From Candidatus Cloacimonadales bacterium (GTDB lineage Bacteria; Cloacimonadota; Cloacimonadia; Cloacimonadales; JAFGVF01): a stretch of DNA of 64,000 bases. Within the stretch, counting starts at the first letter, position 1. Each line of letters begins with the position of its first letter. Below the pieces are notes generated by a model. It was not told the DNA's origin. It worked only from the letters and a program-made list of their open reading frames with translations, and searched no databases. Positions 59,472 to 64,000 of the stretch are shown in pieces. The DNA lies in contig CAXXJV010000001.1 of assembly GCA_963663475.2 (NCBI GenBank), positions 1,536,001-1,600,000 of the forward strand. The letters run 5' to 3'. A program made the translations under genes and the position numbers.

Positions 59472-62402
59472 ATGAAACTGTATGTAACGATTATTTTTGT
59501 TTTATTGACTAGTCTTTTAATTAGTCACACTGTGTGGGAACAACCTTTAAAAATTAGACAAGCTGGTCAACTAGAGTGGCCTCAATCATCTGTTACAACA
59601 GAGGATAATGAAATTATTCATGCTTGGTCTGAACAGCAATCTGGTCAATTAGATCTTTTCGCAATGAAGTATGATAATGTAGGAAACCCTGTCTGGGGTG
59701 ATGAAGCTATTTTAGTTGCAGAATCTGCTAATAATCAGTATAATTCAAAAGTAATTACTAGTAATGATGGTGGAATTATACTTATCTGGATAGAAAATAT
59801 AAGTCCATTACAAATCAGGGGTCAAAAGCTCGATGCTGAAGGGAATAGACTTTGGTCTGATCAAGGTATTCTAATTAGTGATTCTTGTAATGAAGATTTT
59901 TCTCATTTATTATCACTTTTGCCAAATGAAAATGGTGGAGCTATTGTATCATGGATTCAAGATACTAATCGACAAGCTATAAGTTTAGATGATAATGGTG
60001 ATAATCAATGGACAGAGGGTGGCATAAATCTTGGACCTGTTTATGAGACTAATCTACTTGAAACTGATGGGTTTGGAGGACTAGTATTTATTTCAATTCT
60101 CAATAGCAAACCAGATTCTTTTGATTCTATTAGCATAAAAAGAATAGGGGCTTCAGGTGATCTATTATGGAATGAAAGTGTTGACTTACCAATGCAGGAA
60201 GTCTATAGTAGAAGATTACAAATAATTTATGATAATATTGATAGCTATTATCTTATCGCTGGTGATTCTGAAGATAGCTTAGTAGGATTTAACATCAAAA
60301 AAGTATCCTTAACAGGCCAAATCAGCCCAAATCATATCTTTTTACCAGTTGCAGATTCAAATTTAGGATTTATCCCAGCATACTACTCAACTAATGGCAT
60401 TGGAGATTTATTCGTAATAAGCTATTCAAATTTTATTTTGGATGGTGTTGATGATTCTATTCTTGCTTTTAGGATAAATTCAGACTTGAATCATGTTTGG
60501 AATGAAAGTGGTATTTCTATAAATAACATAAGTACAATTTATTTTAATTCAATGACTTTACATGCCTTAGATTCAGGAGACTTATTTTTTGTTAATATGG
60601 CATCTAGTCAAGATTATCCAGATTTTGAAAATGATGTTAATCTTTATATGATTACTTCAGAGGGAAATCTAGTAAATGATGGAGCTGGCTTGTTAATCAG
60701 CCAAAATCAATCTATGCGTTTTTCCCCATTTTTAAACTTTGAAGATGATTTGTTCATTGCTTGGGGGGAAGTTACTGCTGATAATTATGAATTAAAACAA
60801 AAAGTTTTAGATAGTAACTTACAGTCATTAACTTCAGAAGAGAATGAATGTGTAAGCCAAATATTAGTAGGTTCAGTATATTATGATAATTACGTGAGCT
60901 TTCCTCTTGCAGATTCAGACCAAACACTTGTAATTTGGTTAGATAGTAAGTTAGTTCAATATAATAAAATTAAGTATCAAATTATCAATTCTGATGGTAG
61001 TGTAGAGTTTGCTAACAATGGTATAGATATAGCAGACTTTTCACTCAATACTTTTAATCAAAATGATATAGACAGCTTTAAGGCTAGTCAAAATGATGCT
61101 GGCCAAATTTGCATAGTCTGGGAATCACAGTTTTTAGAAAATCATATAAAAAGTAGGCTAATTGATACAGATGGTTCTCTTTTAGGTAATGATAGTGGTC
61201 AAGATGTACTTGTCTTGAACCCTAATGAATACATAAGTAATATTGAATTAAGTTCATACAATAACGCCTTTTACTTAACCTATATGATAGACGCGAACCC
61301 TAATAGAAGTATATATTCAAAAATGTCTAGCAATGGTTATGAATGGGGACAAGCAAACCTAATAGACTCTTATACCGGCTCTCCTCTAAGTATTTTTGAA
61401 ATAAACAAGACTATCAACAATTACTGTATTGTTAAAAAAAGTAATTTACTATACTATATATATATGCTTGGTGAAGATGGATCTGTCTCTGCATCTAATC
61501 ACCTTCAAACTGGTTATGATTATAACTTCGATTGTGATTCTAATAATAATCTTTTCTTCACTTGGTATGGAGTTGGAAAAGTATATCTTCAAGCTATTAC
61601 AGAGTCTGATCAACAATATTGGAATAGCCCAGTTCAAGTTTCCTATGAAGGTCCAGATGATAATGTTCAAGCAAGATTCCCGCAACTTCTTGTAACAGAT
61701 TCTGGGATTAATGTCTTATGGAGTCAACCTGCTCAAGGACCTAGTATTGAACTCAGAGCTCAGAAAATAGATTACTCAGGTAATAAGCTTTGGCCTCAAG
61801 CAGGTAATGTGATTTCTACTATGGATATGGACTTTAATTTGACTCTTATGGAAGAGATAAATGGTGGGTATTTTATCACTGGTTGGAGAGATTATTCTAC
61901 TATCTCAGACAATTATCAGATAAGTATCATTGATTCTAATGGACAAATTGCTTATAGTGATAATTCATCTGCCTTTACTGGACTCGATAATCACAGCAAT
62001 ACCATAAAGGTTACTAATCTTGTTAATGATGAAATTTTTACAACTTGGGTTTATAGAGGAGGTCTCTACGGACAGAAAGTAGATTTTACTCTTGTAGACA
62101 ATGATGACAACGATGTTGATATTATTACTAATAATTTACTGTTCAATTATCCTAATCCTTTTAATCCTCAAACAAATATAGCTTTTACTCTTCCTACTTC
62201 AGGAAATGTCTCTATTGATATCTATAATTTAAAAGGACAAAAGGTAAAAGAACTTGTAAATGATAATTACAGCTCTGGTAGATATAGTGTTCTATGGGAT
62301 GGTAAAGATGATAATAATAAACAAGTAGCTTCTGGAGTCTATCTCTATAAAATGAGAAGTGGAAAGTATAGCTCAACCAAAAAAATGATTCTAATGAAAT
62401 AG
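59472..62402 (+). CDS. Large secreted beta-propeller-like protein with FlgD-Ig/T9SS-like C-terminal domain
   Basis: Repeated QK(L/I)DxxGNxLW and DGGxIxxW motifs; YPNPFNP...KKMILMK; GGAGG RBS. Confidence 0.85.
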   Translation: MKLYVTIIFVLLTSLLISHTVWEQPLKIRQAGQLEWPQSSVTTEDNEIIHAWSEQQSGQLDLFAMKYDNVGNPVWGDEAILVAESANNQYNSKVITSNDGGIILIWIENISPLQIRGQKLDAEGNRLWSDQGILISDSCNEDFSHLLSLLPNENGGAIVSWIQDTNRQAISLDDNGDNQWTEGGINLGPVYETNLLETDGFGGLVFISILNSKPDSFDSISIKRIGASGDLLWNESVDLPMQEVYSRRLQIIYDNIDSYYLIAGDSEDSLVGFNIKKVSLTGQISPNHIFLPVADSNLGFIPAYYSTNGIGDLFVISYSNFILDGVDDSILAFRINSDLNHVWNESGISINNISTIYFNSMTLHALDSGDLFFVNMASSQDYPDFENDVNLYMITSEGNLVNDGAGLLISQNQSMRFSPFLNFEDDLFIAWGEVTADNYELKQKVLDSNLQSLTSEENECVSQILVGSVYYDNYVSFPLADSDQTLVIWLDSKLVQYNKIKYQIINSDGSVEFANNGIDIADFSLNTFNQNDIDSFKASQNDAGQICIVWESQFLENHIKSRLIDTDGSLLGNDSGQDVLVLNPNEYISNIELSSYNNAFYLTYMIDANPNRSIYSKMSSNGYEWGQANLIDSYTGSPLSIFEINKTINNYCIVKKSNLLYYIYMLGEDGSVSASNHLQTGYDYNFDCDSNNNLFFTWYGVGKVYLQAITESDQQYWNSPVQVSYEGPDDNVQARFPQLLVTDSGINVLWSQPAQGPSIELRAQKIDYSGNKLWPQAGNVISTMDMDFNLTLMEEINGGYFITGWRDYSTISDNYQISIIDSNGQIAYSDNSSAFTGLDNHSNTIKVTNLVNDEIFTTWVYRGGLYGQKVDFTLVDNDDNDVDIITNNLLFNYPNPFNPQTNIAFTLPTSGNVSIDIYNLKGQKVKELVNDNYSSGRYSVLWDGKDDNNKQVASGVYLYKMRSGKYSSTKKMILMK

Positions 62403-62418
62403 TATAATGTGATTTCTT

Positions 62419-62452
62419 ATGCCTACTCTTTAACAGGGTAGGCATTTTTTTT
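62419..62452 (+). terminator. Intrinsic terminator
   Basis: ATGCCTAC...GTAGGCAT followed by a T-run. Confidence 0.75.
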
Positions 62453-62586
62453 GCTTATTAAGAATGTCTCTCTTCTAAGTTAATTTTTCAGAGACTAATC
62501 TATAATTAAAATAAATGTAATTTATTTATTGACATAATTGACATTAAATACAATATGCATATTATTAAAATTAAAGGCCTGTCATC

Positions 62587-63486
62587 ATGAAAGAAATTAA
62601 AGAATATTTGAATGAGTTGGATAAAATAAGGATAGAACTTGCTAGTTTACAATATCAGCAAGAAAAGACTTACCAGACTCTTATTGATAGCATAATGATT
62701 AATTGTAGAACAGATGTTCATCCTCTTGTTTTAGAACATCTTAATAGAACTAAATGGATTAGAAAGGTAGGTTATTGGGTTCATGATGTAAATAAGAAAA
62801 TATTTATGGGTACAAGGGAATTGCTACAGTTTATGGGAGCAAACCCTATGCAGGAAACATTTACAGAAGAAGACTTCTTCTCCTTAATCCATAAAGATGA
62901 TCTTGATAGAATTACTCAAAGTTACTCTCAAGATATATTTGCCCATGCCGATAGAGCTTCAGCTTATAGGATTATTAATCTTAATTCTCAACTGAAATAT
63001 GTTATCTCACACTTCTCATGTAAGTATGATGAAGATGATAAGCCTAATCAAGTTACAGGAATTCTTTTTGAGATACCTCAAAGTGATACTGAACATTATT
63101 ATAAACCAGTAGAATCAAATAATGATTTAATTAGATTTAATATGGGGGTTGGTTTCTGGGAGTATAATCCTAACAATAGCCAGGAATACTGGTCGGCTAG
63201 TCTCTATGATATTATTGAAACTAGTCCTCAAGAATGCCCTCCTAGTCTAGCATCATTAAAAGGACTAATTTCTGAATCCTATCTCAGCAAATCAATTGAT
63301 ACTATTATTGAAAAAAATAATGCTAATATTGATTATGAACTAGCTTTTATGATAAAAACTTTCAAAGGTAGAGAAAAATATCTTTTTTCTCAAGTGCACC
63401 ATCTAGTAGATTTTGATGGTAAGTTAGTAAAAAGATATGGTCTGATTTATGATATAACTAAAATGAAAAATTTATTGATTAAATAA
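62587..63486 (+). CDS. PAS-domain (PAS_3-like, two copies) protein without output domain
   Basis: Two G-x-W starts, IHKDD, YGLIYDIT PAC-like end. Confidence 0.75.
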   Translation: MKEIKEYLNELDKIRIELASLQYQQEKTYQTLIDSIMINCRTDVHPLVLEHLNRTKWIRKVGYWVHDVNKKIFMGTRELLQFMGANPMQETFTEEDFFSLIHKDDLDRITQSYSQDIFAHADRASAYRIINLNSQLKYVISHFSCKYDEDDKPNQVTGILFEIPQSDTEHYYKPVESNNDLIRFNMGVGFWEYNPNNSQEYWSASLYDIIETSPQECPPSLASLKGLISESYLSKSIDTIIEKNNANIDYELAFMIKTFKGREKYLFSQVHHLVDFDGKLVKRYGLIYDITKMKNLLIK

Positions 63487-63565
63487 TATAACTAAAGAAA
63501 AATAAAATTTGGTCTGAAGCTTAACTTCTCTAATATATATAACATAAGACCTTTGAGAGGTGATA

Positions 63566-64000
63566 ATGAAGTTATATATATTTATCTTTATTTTTCTGAT
63601 TATTCTTGGATTGCATAGTGAAGAATATCTTTATGAATATAAAGACTTGCCTGAATTAAGAAGAGCTCATTACAATGTTACTGGTCAAGCAAATCTAGAA
63701 TATAAAGTTTTAGAATTTATTCTTCCCATAGAAGAAGACCTTGTTTCTGTCGAGATTTATAACCCTAGCTATAAAACTAGTCAAAAACATATTGCCTTGT
63801 ATCCAGGTGATGCTAGTATAAGTCAGGGCTTTATAGCTAATCAAGTAAATAACCTATCAGCTCAATTTCCCACTTCTACCCAAGTAACCTTTTCTAATTA
63901 TTTCAAACGAGGTATAAAGATTGCCCTAATTAAAATTCCTCATCAGATTTATAGATATGCAAGCAAAGAACTTGATATTTTAGATGATGGGCTAATAAAA
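63566..64000 (+). CDS. Partial secreted protein, possibly C25 (gingipain-like) peptidase propeptide
   Basis: GAGGTG RBS, ATG 63566, signal peptide MKLYIFIFIFLIILGLHS; GQANL...ILP and RGIKIALIKI patterns; open to the window end. Confidence 0.55.
   Translation, partial: MKLYIFIFIFLIILGLHSEEYLYEYKDLPELRRAHYNVTGQANLEYKVLEFILPIEEDLVSVEIYNPSYKTSQKHIALYPGDASISQGFIANQVNNLSAQFPTSTQVTFSNYFKRGIKIALIKIPHQIYRYASKELDILDDGLIK

Overview
AT-rich bacterial chromosome segment from an anaerobic diderm. The YPNPFNP...KKMxLMK C-terminal domains and the FeFe-hydrogenase suggest Ca. Cloacimonadota (inference). Recognisable genes: tRNA-Lys/tRNA-Glu, OsmC, MATE, ornithine carbamoyltransferase, an MCE/Mla operon, a four-gene FeFe-hydrogenase, acyl-CoA ligase, smpB, amidase, glgP, a PAS histidine-kinase cluster, a GlmL-like fusion, ovoA and a selenocysteine peroxiredoxin. 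The best candidate for an undescribed system is a compact RiPP-like locus at 6.1-12.8 kb. It has an RRE-radical SAM/SPASM enzyme, an unannotated 41-aa precursor (METYEKPEIIELDQMINIGAGCKTWKNDGDSCYSEIPVDPK), a peptidase-less ABC exporter and an outer-membrane barrel. A divergent module of an extended ECF sigma plus a small secreted SQVN protein heads it, and the same module recurs at 36.4-37.6 kb in front of different cargo. Other oddities: a PqiC-lipoprotein/beta-barrel fusion, a hydrogenase whose accessory domains lack their Fe-S ligands, an IS1182 with a 17-bp target duplication nested in palindromic repeats, and several REP/MITE-like repeat families. All calls come from reading motifs by eye; no database searches were run.
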